A DNA stretch of 30,959 nt from assembly GCA_031422435.1 (NCBI GenBank), contig JANPLU010000072.1:1-30959 (forward strand), written 5' to 3'. Positions 1 to 9,159 of the stretch are shown here, piece by piece. The notes beneath the pieces were generated by a model, which worked only from the letters and a program-made list of their open reading frames with translations, was not told the origin of the DNA and did no database searches. Every line of letters begins with the position of its first letter. Positions within the stretch are counted from its first letter, which is position 1. The stretch is from Acaryochloridaceae cyanobacterium VAR_48_metabat_390 (GTDB lineage Bacteria; Cyanobacteriota; Cyanobacteriia; Thermosynechococcales; Thermosynechococcaceae). Position numbers and translations under genes: made by a program.

Positions 1-169
1 CTCGCTGTTTGCGGATGATGTAGTAAAGGTCGCTAACAGTTGAGGCAGAAATGTAACCGATAAAGCGACCTTGTTGCAGGAACAGAAAGATTTGTTCGCT
101 GTTTTTCCAGAATGGTTGGCGTTCGAGAGCGTAGTCTATGACGATGTGGGTGTCTAGCAAAACCTTCAT
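1..169 (-). CDS. PIN-domain (VapC-like) toxin/ribonuclease, 3' end runs off the window
   Basis: Not in the ORF track. Manual translation from ATG at 169 gives MKVLLDTHIVIDYALERQPFWKNSEQIFLFLQQGRFIGYISASTVSDLYYIIRKQR, with a typical PIN N-terminus (xxLLDTxxxxD) and a YISxxTxxDLYY segment. The start overlaps the upstream stop (ATGA, 169-166). Confidence 0.88.
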   Translation of the reverse strand, partial: MKVLLDTHIVIDYALERQPFWKNSEQIFLFLQQGRFIGYISASTVSDLYYIIRKQR

Positions 170-450
170 AGATCGTATTTTTCTTTGAGCGCTTCCCATC
201 TGGCCTGTTCGGGATCGAAGTCTGGGGGAGCTGGTTGGGTGTTTTCAAACAGATCCTGAAAGGCTTTAACTTGGGTTCTGGGCTTTTGGTCTAAGGGTTC
301 GGGCGGAGATGTTTTAGGGTAGTCATTTATGTCTTTTGACTCAGATGACCACATAATGACCTCCACATCCCCTGGAGGGATAGCGATGGGGTCATGGATG
401 ACTAGATGACCGAAGGGATCGATGGTTCCTTTGAGTTTATAGGCTTGCAT
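166..450 (-). CDS. Small protein, putative antitoxin partner of the PIN toxin
   Basis: 94 aa with a beta-rich N-terminus (KLKGTIDPFGHLVI..PGDVEVI) and a C-terminus ending ARWEALKEKYDL. Translationally coupled to the PIN gene, the usual type II TA layout. Confidence 0.65.
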   Translation of the reverse strand: MQAYKLKGTIDPFGHLVIHDPIAIPPGDVEVIMWSSESKDINDYPKTSPPEPLDQKPRTQVKAFQDLFENTQPAPPDFDPEQARWEALKEKYDL

Positions 451-459
451 GGCTTACGG

Positions 460-912
460 CTAAATTCTGAGGACGGAATAGTTGGGATGGTCGGGGTTGG
501 GAATGAGGCGCTGATTTTTGCAATCAACAAGTAAATCTAGGGTTTCTAGAACGGTCTGGCCAATGAGCACGGTATCGCCCAACACAAGAGCGGCTTCGAT
601 AGTTTCACGACCCTCAATTTCAATGATGACGGGACCTGTGACGTTAACGGATTCTTTGGTACCGTTGGCGTATTGAGCCGTTTGCTGTCCTCTAATTCTA
701 AGTCCCAGGTTTTGCACAACTACTTCGGGGAGAACCGTTCGTACCGCTCCGGTGTCTATAAGGGCTTCAGTTTCGTAGGCTCTGAGTAAGTTGGGGTTGA
801 GGAGGCCGCGTTGAACCAGTTCTTCATCAACAGCATTGGCAAGTTTTACTTTGACGCGGACTTCACCCATTGAATTTTCTGACCTTGCTGTTGTTGAAAA
901 GATTTGTACCAT
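460..912 (-). CDS. Clan AA (retropepsin-like) aspartic protease, single domain
   Basis: Catalytic ALIDTGA motif and LIGQTVLETLDLLVD motif. Start placed at ATG 912, which has an AAGGAG SD at 927-922 (ORF track starts at 936). Confidence 0.85.
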   Translation of the reverse strand: MVQIFSTTARSENSMGEVRVKVKLANAVDEELVQRGLLNPNLLRAYETEALIDTGAVRTVLPEVVVQNLGLRIRGQQTAQYANGTKESVNVTGPVIIEIEGRETIEAALVLGDTVLIGQTVLETLDLLVDCKNQRLIPNPDHPNYSVLRI

Positions 913-942
913 AGTTGTCTGCTCCTTAAATATCATCCAAGA

Positions 943-3900
943 CTAAGCCTCCGCATCAGGCGGATCGTTAATTGATTGAAAGATCTGATAAAGCTTTTTA
1001 GAACAGACTTCGCCCAATGTTTCTTGCCAAAGGGATTTAAATTGTACTTCACCGATCTGGTTGAGCATTCGGCCTAAAGCTTCACAATCTGAAATAAACC
1101 ACGCTTCATCATCAAACTTGAGGCCAATAGAAAAGGCTTGAATATAAGATTTGCATGCTTCAATAAAGTTCTGTTGAAATTCTAATATTTGACTAATAAA
1201 TCTTAATGGTAAAGAGGTTTTATAAAAATCCTTATATTCTCGATAAATCTTAATAGCTCTTTGATAATAATTGACTGATTTTTCAAGTTTTTCTTGAATT
1301 TGTGCAATCATTCCAAGTAGCGTTATGTGATCTGCTGCTTTATACCAATCTTGCTTTGATTCTCTAATATCTAAAGCTTGTTTAGTATAGTCAATGCTTA
1401 TTTCAAGATTTTGGCTTTGCTGCGGCAACTGACCTAATGTGTAATACAAAAGTCCCAGTTGATGATAAGTAATTGCTGTTGCATCCCACGCTTCTGATGC
1501 CTCATAATAACTTAGTGCTTTTTGATAGTACGCATCTGCATCACTAAAATTATTCTGCTGAAGAGCTATGCTTCCTAGCTGGAGGTATTCATCCGAAGCG
1601 TTAATAACATCTCTACTGTCTTCATAAATTTTTAATGCTTGCTTATAATATTCTCTTGCTTTCTCGAAGTCATTAATTTTATATGAAATATTTCCTAGCT
1701 GATGATATACAGTTGCCGCATCTTGAAGATTCTCTAATTTTAGATATATATTTAATGAGAGTTCGGCATACTCAATTGCATGTTTGTGCTCTCCAATCTC
1801 TAAGTGTATTTCACTTAACTGACAGTATTCACTTGATGTTTTATATAAGTTTTCATTGCTTTTGCAGATCTTTAGAGCCTCATTTGTAAACTTTATCGCC
1901 TCGTTAAAATTTCTTTGACCTAGAGCTGATTGACCTAGATCATGATAAGTACTTGAAGAATTATTGAGAGTTCCTATATTTTTTCTAATTTCTATAGATT
2001 TATGATAATAGAAGTCAGCTTTTGAGAGTTCTCCAGTCTTCAAGAAAGTGTTTCCTAAGTTATTGTATAGAGTTGCAGTTCCATCATCCAATCGAGCTAT
2101 GTTTGACGATTCGAGCTTATCTAAAATTTCTTGATAAATAATTCTGGCTTCCTGAAACTTATTGGCTGATAAATATTGATTGGCTTTATTGTTTTGCAAA
2201 TACATCCAATAATCTAGTGCGCCATCGTCTTCAGCTTTTGTGTTTAATAAATTTATATCAAATTGTTTTAACGATTTTTCTCTAAGAATTTTAAATTCGT
2301 CTTGTCTTCCTTGTTGTTTATATAATTCATTCAAAACAACAAGTATTGGTCGAGCATATTGCCACTTTTGTTTCTTTTCGGCTAATAACAAGTAGCTTAA
2401 TAGATTAGGCTCCTCCAGCTTAATCATTGCAATACTTGAATCAAAGTTACTAGCTAGGTTTTCAGAGTAATATTCTGATAATCCTGAGTAAAATATCAAG
2501 AACAAGTCTTCTAGCTTCTGTATTTTTGATTGAGAGGCATCTTTGGCAAGCTTTTGACGTAGATAGCATGCTAAAGAAGGATGAATCTTATATACACTTT
2601 GACCAATATCTTCTAAGATTCCTGCTTCTGTTACATCTTTAAGAATAATTGACCAATCAGTAATACTTGGATTTTCTCCAATTACTGAGTTATAAGCTTT
2701 GCTAAAATCACTCTCGTGATTTTCAAAAAGTATGCCAAGCCAATATGCATATACTCTTTCATGGAAGAAGGTCAAAATGGGAAGATGCTGTTTGACTATC
2801 TTTGACAGTTTATTTAGGGAATAATCAAGTGAAACTGTTAGAGATTTGTCTCTTTCCTCCTCCTCTTGCTCCGCAAAAGTATCCAATCCCTGCCGTAGCG
2901 CCTCAATTAGGTTTTCAGGTGTTTGGGTTTTTAAGTGGGGCAACACCACCCGCAGCGACAATGAATGCCCCCCTAACAGCCTAAACAACTCCAGATATGC
3001 TGGAGATAACGTTGCACGGTCTACACCCACGCTGCACAAAATCTGCGCAGCAAACTCTTCTGCATCGGCAGGTGCAAGCCCCTTCAAGTGTTGTAACCCA
3101 TAGCCGCAATCTAACCAAGTCTCCTCTCTGCGACTCGTAATCAGCACCCAAGACAGTCCCCCGCGTAACTGCCGCAGAAACTGTTTTAAGCGATCTCGCT
3201 CTGTTTGGCTCAGCAATGGCTCATTCCCCGCCGGAAAACCATTCACAAGTTCAAAATTGTCCCAGATTAGCAAACAAGGCGTGGCTTTTAAATAATTCAA
3301 AACCGCACTTTCTTGATCCGTCACCCCATATTGGGCAAACTTGTCTCCCCAAACCGCTCGCCCCACCTGATTTACTACATTACTCAGGGTTGCCCCCTGC
3401 TCAAAGGACAAAAAACAAATGGAGCCAGTGCGACCCTCGGTTTCATCCAGCCAACGGGCAAACCCGCAAGCCAACGCAGTTTTACCCATCCCGCCCATGC
3501 CCTGCAACAGCACTACAGCGCTTTGCCGAAATTTGCGCTCTAGCTGCAACAGGTCATAATCTCGCCCAATAAAGCCGTAGGTTCCCTCCGGTGAAAAGCC
3601 TACTAACCTCGTAGGGGCTGACTTCAGCAATGCCTCAATCTTAGGTACCGCTGTAGCGCATGTCTTTTCAGCCTTAAATGGTGCGTAGCCCTCCTGCTGG
3701 TACAGCACAGGCACCAACCAATCCTGTAATGGCAAATTCCCCTTCGGGCTAGGCCGCAATTGCTGATTCAGTACCGCCCGTCGCCCCGAAGCCACCGCAC
3801 TCGCAACCCTCGCCCCCCGCGTCAAATCCCCATAAAAGCGACCCATAAACTGCCTCGCCGCTTCCACATAAACCGAGTAGGCCATTGCCACTACCCCCGT

Positions 3901-4824
3901 CGCCCCCACAGAAACCAACGCCGTCGCCACCGACGAAAACGCCCCTTCCCCCTCTTGGGCAGACTGGCACGCATTCAAGACAAAAATCGGCACCCGACAG
4001 TTCGCTAAATTCTGAGCAATCCGCGCCGCATCAATCACCTGCGGCGACCCATCCACACCCTCAAACACCAACGGCCCTTGCCCTTGGCCTATCCCCTGAC
4101 CCAACTGCACCTGTCGCCCTAAACTGCTGGGATCAAAACTGCCGTGCCCATCAAAATGGACAATATGATAAAACCCCTTATGCTCATTCAGCTCCCGCTC
4201 AAACTGCTCAAAACTGGGCGGTCGTAGCACCTTAAAATGCACCCGCTCCCCCAAAGGCCGCAATGCCTCCAGCATTGGTCGCGCAATGGTACGCAGCGCC
4301 ACATCCCGCTCCCCGTAGGGTCGAGCAATTACCACCAAAATATTCAGCCGATCCTGGGGCAACCCATCCAACGGTGCCCGTACAGGCTGGTTACTGCGGC
4401 TGCGGTACATCCCCGCCAGCAACGGCGCTAAAAATTGATAATCCGGCGCGTACAGTAACTCCCAAGGCAAATTCAGCACCGCCGCATCGTCAGAGACGAT
4501 ACTCAACTCGCATTGGTCAAGCCCTGCCCGTGTCGCCTCCTGCCAAAACTCTCGCGCCTTCTCACTCCCGCGAAACACCAGTTCAAACAACTGCTGCCCC
4601 CAACCCTGCAACTGCCCTTCCAGCCGCCGCGCCCGTTCTGGCTCTAGACCATAGGGAAATGTCAAATATTCTTCTAGATACCAGCGTAATTCTGCCAACG
4701 CCTTCACATCAAATGGATGCTCAAAGGTCGTTTCTGTGGCAAATCGAGGCGCTGAATTTTCCCGTTGCCAACCTAACCGAATCGATGCGCCGTCATGACT
4801 GATCGATAACCGATGGAGCACCAT
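943..4824 (-). CDS. CHAT (caspase-like) domain - STAND/NB-ARC-like NTPase - TPR repeat protein
   Basis: CHAT motifs LPWELL, HIVHFDGHG (His) and VLNACQSA (Cys). FIGRD followed by Walker A GMGGMGKT, Walker B LLIWDNFE and VLITSR. C-terminal TPR-like repeats (e.g. ATVYHQLGNISY...AREYYKQAL). Confidence 0.9.
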   Translation of the reverse strand: MVLHRLSISHDGASIRLGWQRENSAPRFATETTFEHPFDVKALAELRWYLEEYLTFPYGLEPERARRLEGQLQGWGQQLFELVFRGSEKAREFWQEATRAGLDQCELSIVSDDAAVLNLPWELLYAPDYQFLAPLLAGMYRSRSNQPVRAPLDGLPQDRLNILVVIARPYGERDVALRTIARPMLEALRPLGERVHFKVLRPPSFEQFERELNEHKGFYHIVHFDGHGSFDPSSLGRQVQLGQGIGQGQGPLVFEGVDGSPQVIDAARIAQNLANCRVPIFVLNACQSAQEGEGAFSSVATALVSVGATGVVAMAYSVYVEAARQFMGRFYGDLTRGARVASAVASGRRAVLNQQLRPSPKGNLPLQDWLVPVLYQQEGYAPFKAEKTCATAVPKIEALLKSAPTRLVGFSPEGTYGFIGRDYDLLQLERKFRQSAVVLLQGMGGMGKTALACGFARWLDETEGRTGSICFLSFEQGATLSNVVNQVGRAVWGDKFAQYGVTDQESAVLNYLKATPCLLIWDNFELVNGFPAGNEPLLSQTERDRLKQFLRQLRGGLSWVLITSRREETWLDCGYGLQHLKGLAPADAEEFAAQILCSVGVDRATLSPAYLELFRLLGGHSLSLRVVLPHLKTQTPENLIEALRQGLDTFAEQEEEERDKSLTVSLDYSLNKLSKIVKQHLPILTFFHERVYAYWLGILFENHESDFSKAYNSVIGENPSITDWSIILKDVTEAGILEDIGQSVYKIHPSLACYLRQKLAKDASQSKIQKLEDLFLIFYSGLSEYYSENLASNFDSSIAMIKLEEPNLLSYLLLAEKKQKWQYARPILVVLNELYKQQGRQDEFKILREKSLKQFDINLLNTKAEDDGALDYWMYLQNNKANQYLSANKFQEARIIYQEILDKLESSNIARLDDGTATLYNNLGNTFLKTGELSKADFYYHKSIEIRKNIGTLNNSSSTYHDLGQSALGQRNFNEAIKFTNEALKICKSNENLYKTSSEYCQLSEIHLEIGEHKHAIEYAELSLNIYLKLENLQDAATVYHQLGNISYKINDFEKAREYYKQALKIYEDSRDVINASDEYLQLGSIALQQNNFSDADAYYQKALSYYEASEAWDATAITYHQLGLLYYTLGQLPQQSQNLEISIDYTKQALDIRESKQDWYKAADHITLLGMIAQIQEKLEKSVNYYQRAIKIYREYKDFYKTSLPLRFISQILEFQQNFIEACKSYIQAFSIGLKFDDEAWFISDCEALGRMLNQIGEVQFKSLWQETLGEVCSKKLYQIFQSINDPPDAEA

Positions 4825-5070
4825 AGGAGTTATCAGAAAGGTGTCTTTTCAAGTGCTTTAATGCAGAAACTGAGGCTAAAAATTTCAAGATTCTGTTTAT
4901 TTACAGTAACTCATTCCCAAGGGTGCTGACCTTGCCATAGCACGGTAGGAGAAGACCTTAGACACACCTGCTAGTCAGCAATCGCTTCTGCATAATTTAG
5001 GCTACAGATATCTAGAGACAATCCCTTCCTAAAGGGCGAGGGATACTGTAATTTTCCCCAAGCTTACCGT

Positions 5071-5601
5071 TTAGAAATCGAGACAGGTGTTGCGCCGCGA
5101 TCGCAGTCGTTTAGAAACCACGCTAAGGCTTTCTGCTGCCGCCGCTTCTGCAAGCTGATCTGCCACCTTTGCCGCGTAGCCCTTCAAAAATGACCATGCC
5201 AAGGGAGCCAACCAACCCCGCAGCATGACGCAGTAAGAGATATAGGTGCCGCAAACGCTTGACTCTACTTGATAGGTGACGCGCTCTTCTAAGCCAGGTA
5301 GCCCCAAAATGCGAATGCTCAACAACTGCTGGGGGCGCACCCCTTCGACAAACATCTGAAACGGCAGGGGAACCAAGCGATTAATGGCTTCATAAATAAG
5401 TCCTGGTTTAGGAACTAAGCCATAGGGTACATTGGTGCGCGCAATGAGAGGGTGCCATGACAGATCGGCTAGGTCAATAATTTTTTGCCAAGTTAAATCA
5501 ACCGAGGCGGGGGTTAACGCCCGATACCGTTTTACAAACGTCCAGCGCAGCGTAGAACGACGCTTTTGTATTCCCTTTGAGAACCAAGCACGGATCACCA
5601 T
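5071..5601 (-). CDS. SRPBCC/polyketide cyclase-like family protein
   Basis: Pattern ASVDLTWQKIIDLADLSWHP..., beta-strand core and C-terminal helix (YAAKVADQLAEAA). Start uncertain. Confidence 0.7.
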   Translation of the reverse strand: MVIRAWFSKGIQKRRSTLRWTFVKRYRALTPASVDLTWQKIIDLADLSWHPLIARTNVPYGLVPKPGLIYEAINRLVPLPFQMFVEGVRPQQLLSIRILGLPGLEERVTYQVESSVCGTYISYCVMLRGWLAPLAWSFLKGYAAKVADQLAEAAAAESLSVVSKRLRSRRNTCLDF

Positions 5602-5644
5602 GGATTTAAGCTCAGGTGCACCAGCAAGAAATATCTAAACCATC

Positions 5645-6853
5645 CTACCTTGTTCCAATCGCAGACCCAATATACCCATTGATTGAGCTAGACGATAACG
5701 GAGTTAAATCAAGACTGCCCGTTTCTGGCGCACCCAAAGGCCCTGTGGGGCCAAATCGCCAGTGCTGCACATAGCGATTCAAAATATCCTGCCCAATGAT
5801 GCCATCTATCCCTAGGGTTTGGAAAACGGGGCTATTAACCACTAAAACATTGAGTTTTGAGATCTGAAGCGTTTGTAGGCTCAAGCGCTCAAGCTGCGAT
5901 CGCCTTGCTACGGTCTGCCCACCTAAGCCTGCCACCCGTAAGGTTTGGGCTAGTTGAGTTTTAAGCGGTAGCTGCTGGGCTAAACGCTCTGAAAGGCTGG
6001 TGATGGATGCACCCGTATCGACCAAAAACCGATAAGGACCTTTGCCATTGACATAAACCTTCGGGATGGTCATTACGCCCAAGCGGCTCTCTAAGGCGAT
6101 TCCAGTAGCAACGGGGCGGGAGGGCTTAATGAGCTGAAGACTGCGGCGTTGTGGATTCAAAACCATATCAAAGCGGCTCAGAAAGTCTAGCCCCAAAATA
6201 CCAGCCGTTCTAAAGGGCAATACGGTGGTAGAAAGCCCGATGCCGAACAGTTTGTTAACTTGTGCCCCCCCTACCCTGAGCGGCGGTAAGTGATATAGCA
6301 ACATTTTTTGTTTGGCGAACTGCTGCCCTACGGCTAGGTACCCCAAAAAATCTGACGGGACGGGCTGTCCTTTGAGTCCAAGTCGCTCAGCAATCTGAAT
6401 ATCTAAAATAGAATTAGATGCACCTGAATCTAAAACAAACGAGAGAGTTTGATTTTGGATTTGAACCGGGACAGTAAAAATGCTCTGTGCCGGAAGCCCC
6501 TGAAGTGCAACGTTAGCCTGTCCCTGGGCGATCGCCTTGGGTAGTGTAGCGCCTGTCGCTTGTAAGAGGGTGATCATACGATCGCTAGCATCTGTACGCA
6601 CGGTGCCGTCAGGGTTAAGCATCACGACTGCAAATACGCAGCGAGTCTTGATATCTTGGGTGACAGCTACGTTTTTCTGCGTAGTTTCTTTCTGAATGCA
6701 CTGCTGCACCTGAAGCAGTAGCGGGTTAACGGAAGGTGGAGGTGCGGTCTGCCCCAGACAGATCCCACCTAAAAATACAGCCCAAGCCGCAGCGCTGCAC
6801 AGCCAAGTCGGAATACCGTAGGAACCAAACCAACGCCACGGGTGCTGCTTCAC
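5645..6853 (-). CDS. Secreted two-domain retropepsin-like aspartyl protease
   Basis: Hydrophobic N-terminal signal-like segment. Two catalytic motifs (FVLDSGAS and FLVDTGAS), each followed by GILGLDFL or GIIGQDIL. The GTG start overlaps the invertase stop. Confidence 0.85.
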   Translation of the reverse strand: MKQHPWRWFGSYGIPTWLCSAAAWAVFLGGICLGQTAPPPSVNPLLLQVQQCIQKETTQKNVAVTQDIKTRCVFAVVMLNPDGTVRTDASDRMITLLQATGATLPKAIAQGQANVALQGLPAQSIFTVPVQIQNQTLSFVLDSGASNSILDIQIAERLGLKGQPVPSDFLGYLAVGQQFAKQKMLLYHLPPLRVGGAQVNKLFGIGLSTTVLPFRTAGILGLDFLSRFDMVLNPQRRSLQLIKPSRPVATGIALESRLGVMTIPKVYVNGKGPYRFLVDTGASITSLSERLAQQLPLKTQLAQTLRVAGLGGQTVARRSQLERLSLQTLQISKLNVLVVNSPVFQTLGIDGIIGQDILNRYVQHWRFGPTGPLGAPETGSLDLTPLSSSSINGYIGSAIGTR

Positions 6854-8358
6854 GAAAGGGGTTCTCCAAAATGGATGAGGGCAAGGCTTTTAGGGCGATC
6901 GAGCAGTTCTTGAGCCAGTAGCACTCCGGCAATGCTCCAGGTTTGATGACGACGCGCCATTCGTCCAATCAGGCGACCATTACCCCCATCATAATATTCC
7001 GGCCATCGGTCTTGGATGAGGCGCTGTCCTGCTTTCATAATGTCTTCTCGCAGCTGTTCTATGAGGCTCGGATGCTTCACCTTAAGAGTTGCCGCAGCCA
7101 GCAGCCAGGTCAACATAGGCCAGCTCCCGCCATTGTGGTAAGACCAAGGCTTATTTTTAGGGTCGCACCCCGTCACGAGATGCCACTCTAACCCCTCTAG
7201 GGCTGGGTAGCAGACCTTCATGGGCATTTCTGCCAGCAGGTCTGCGCGGCGTAGATAAATCAGATCGATGATGCTACGGGCTTGGGCGGTAGGGAGCAGA
7301 TTGCTAACCACTCCCATTAAGTTGCCGATCGCGAAAAAGCGACAGTCAAGGTGAGATGGCCCTAGGTTGCCAACCAAATAGCCTGCTCTCTCCGGTAGCC
7401 ACTGAATGAGGCGTTCGTAGGGAATAGATTCTGGATAAAGGTTGTATTTGTTAAAAAAATGGTCTTCAGCATCAGAACTCGGCGTAGCGTCATACTGTTC
7501 GCTTTGGGCTTGGTACAGCACACGCAGTCGCCGGAGGTCTAACCAGTAGTCTTCACAAAGCTGGCGCTGAAGCCGCCCTAGTCGACGTTGAATTCTAATC
7601 TGGTAGGGTTCTTCAGGCTTTAGGAACTCGCGGGCGACCTGAAGTCCGGCATAAAAGAGGGTTTGAATCTCAAGGGGGTAGCCGTTCAGCCCCATACGCC
7701 GATCAATCATGCAGGCTCCATCGGGCACCAGTATCATGGGTTCCGCGTCAAACCGATGGGACAGATAAAGGCTCAAAATCAGCCGAATTGCCCGCCTTAG
7801 CTTGGGCTGTGGCTCACTGCCGTCAAATAAGTCGGGGTGCAGCGCCGTTGAGTCCTGGGTGCAGGCGCGGTAGTAGGCCTGAAGCAAAATCAGCCACCAC
7901 AAACAGGAGTCTACAGGGGTGACTTGGGCGATCGCCCGTTCGCCATAGTCAGGCTTCAGGGTGTCATTTTCTACCTTAAAGCTGGCGGGCATCATCCCTG
8001 GCGATCGCTCCATGCGCTTCGCCAACTCTGGCGTAATTTGGAGCTTCAGGATGGTGGCAAGAAAGTTGCCGACAACTGCTCGACTAGAGACTGCTTCGCC
8101 GTTAAGTCCTGCAATATCCTGATTTTTAATGAGATAAACCAGCGCAACGGGCACGAAATCTCGCACAAAACACTGGTCGTAGTTAACCGACGATATATCT
8201 GGCGGAACATCTGCCGCCTTAGTGCCTAAAGGCTCACCTTTGCAGTAGACCAAATATTTAGGCTGATTCAGTTCTTTCCATGCAGTTTCTTTAAGCCCGT
8301 GCCAAGACAGCGCTACCATAATCTCCTTATTGCAGTCAAACCCATCAAAATCGTGCAA
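6850..8358 (-). CDS. Alkaline/neutral invertase (glycoside hydrolase family 100)
   Basis: NYDQCFVRDF, PVDSCLWW, DGACMIDRRMG, DPKNKPWSYHNGGSWP, WPEYYDG and QTWSIAG motifs. The start may be ATG 8319. Confidence 0.92.
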   Translation of the reverse strand: MHDFDGFDCNKEIMVALSWHGLKETAWKELNQPKYLVYCKGEPLGTKAADVPPDISSVNYDQCFVRDFVPVALVYLIKNQDIAGLNGEAVSSRAVVGNFLATILKLQITPELAKRMERSPGMMPASFKVENDTLKPDYGERAIAQVTPVDSCLWWLILLQAYYRACTQDSTALHPDLFDGSEPQPKLRRAIRLILSLYLSHRFDAEPMILVPDGACMIDRRMGLNGYPLEIQTLFYAGLQVAREFLKPEEPYQIRIQRRLGRLQRQLCEDYWLDLRRLRVLYQAQSEQYDATPSSDAEDHFFNKYNLYPESIPYERLIQWLPERAGYLVGNLGPSHLDCRFFAIGNLMGVVSNLLPTAQARSIIDLIYLRRADLLAEMPMKVCYPALEGLEWHLVTGCDPKNKPWSYHNGGSWPMLTWLLAAATLKVKHPSLIEQLREDIMKAGQRLIQDRWPEYYDGGNGRLIGRMARRHQTWSIAGVLLAQELLDRPKSLALIHFGEPLS

Positions 8359-8382
8359 ATTTACCGCACTGTACAGATATGG

Positions 8383-9159
8383 CTACCGCTTTGAAACTGC
8401 TCCAAACTCATGCTCATAGTGCGGATCGCAAGTCCCCAGTAGCCTATCCCAAAACGTAAAATACAGTCCATAGTGAACCGTATATTTACGATGATGAATA
8501 GAATGATGAGCTGGCCCAATAAACCATCGGCCTAGCCAATGATGAGGAAAGGCAGGCGGAAAAAGCTCCAGCCCTAAATGATTGAGTACAGCCCAAAACG
8601 TCATGGTAATAGAAATAGCAATGAGCGTAATAAAGTGGAGCGGAACAACAAACACAATGCCAATCAAAAAAAGAGATTGAATCACTGCTTCTAAAGGGTC
8701 AAAGGCAAACGAAGTCCAGGCCGTGGGCTGTCTAGATTTATGATGCCCTTGATGTAGCCACATAAATAATGCAGGATGATGCAGGATTCGGTGGACGAAG
8801 TAAAAATAGGCATCTTGGAGAATCAGCACTCCCCCATAGCTGAACCCGAGATACCATAAATCCTGAGATTTAAAATCACTGTAGAGCAGCGTCCCGCCCC
8901 GATCATAAGCCCAAATAATAAATGCAGCACCCAGCGCAAATATGGTTGAGGAAAAACAAGATAGTTTAATGTCTTGATAAATGAGGTTTTTCTGCGAAGC
9001 ATCTAAGGAAGTTTTCTGATGTGCCGAAGACTCCATTAAAAGTGAGTAAAAGAGCAGATGAGTGCTGCCAGCAACCAAGAAATATCGCAGCAAAATTAGG
9101 GCAAGAAACGAAAAATAGTAAAATAAAAATGAGTGCTGCATTAATGTAGTACCTTGCAT
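8383..9159 (-). CDS. Sterol desaturase / fatty acid hydroxylase family membrane protein
   Basis: His boxes HRILH, HQGHH, HLG and HHSIHH, plus YGLYFTFWDRLLGT. Several hydrophobic segments. Confidence 0.88.
   Translation of the reverse strand: MQGTTLMQHSFLFYYFSFLALILLRYFLVAGSTHLLFYSLLMESSAHQKTSLDASQKNLIYQDIKLSCFSSTIFALGAAFIIWAYDRGGTLLYSDFKSQDLWYLGFSYGGVLILQDAYFYFVHRILHHPALFMWLHQGHHKSRQPTAWTSFAFDPLEAVIQSLFLIGIVFVVPLHFITLIAISITMTFWAVLNHLGLELFPPAFPHHWLGRWFIGPAHHSIHHRKYTVHYGLYFTFWDRLLGTCDPHYEHEFGAVSKR

Noticed and set aside
33..248. 71-aa ORF on the minus strand
   Set aside because: It is an alternative frame overlapping the PIN and antitoxin genes and has no recognisable motifs.
1683..4802. Many + strand ORFs (e.g. 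4263-4802, 3885-4235, 3216-3572)
   Set aside because: These are antisense shadows of the CHAT-STAND-TPR gene. Their Pro-rich composition follows from the G-rich coding strand.
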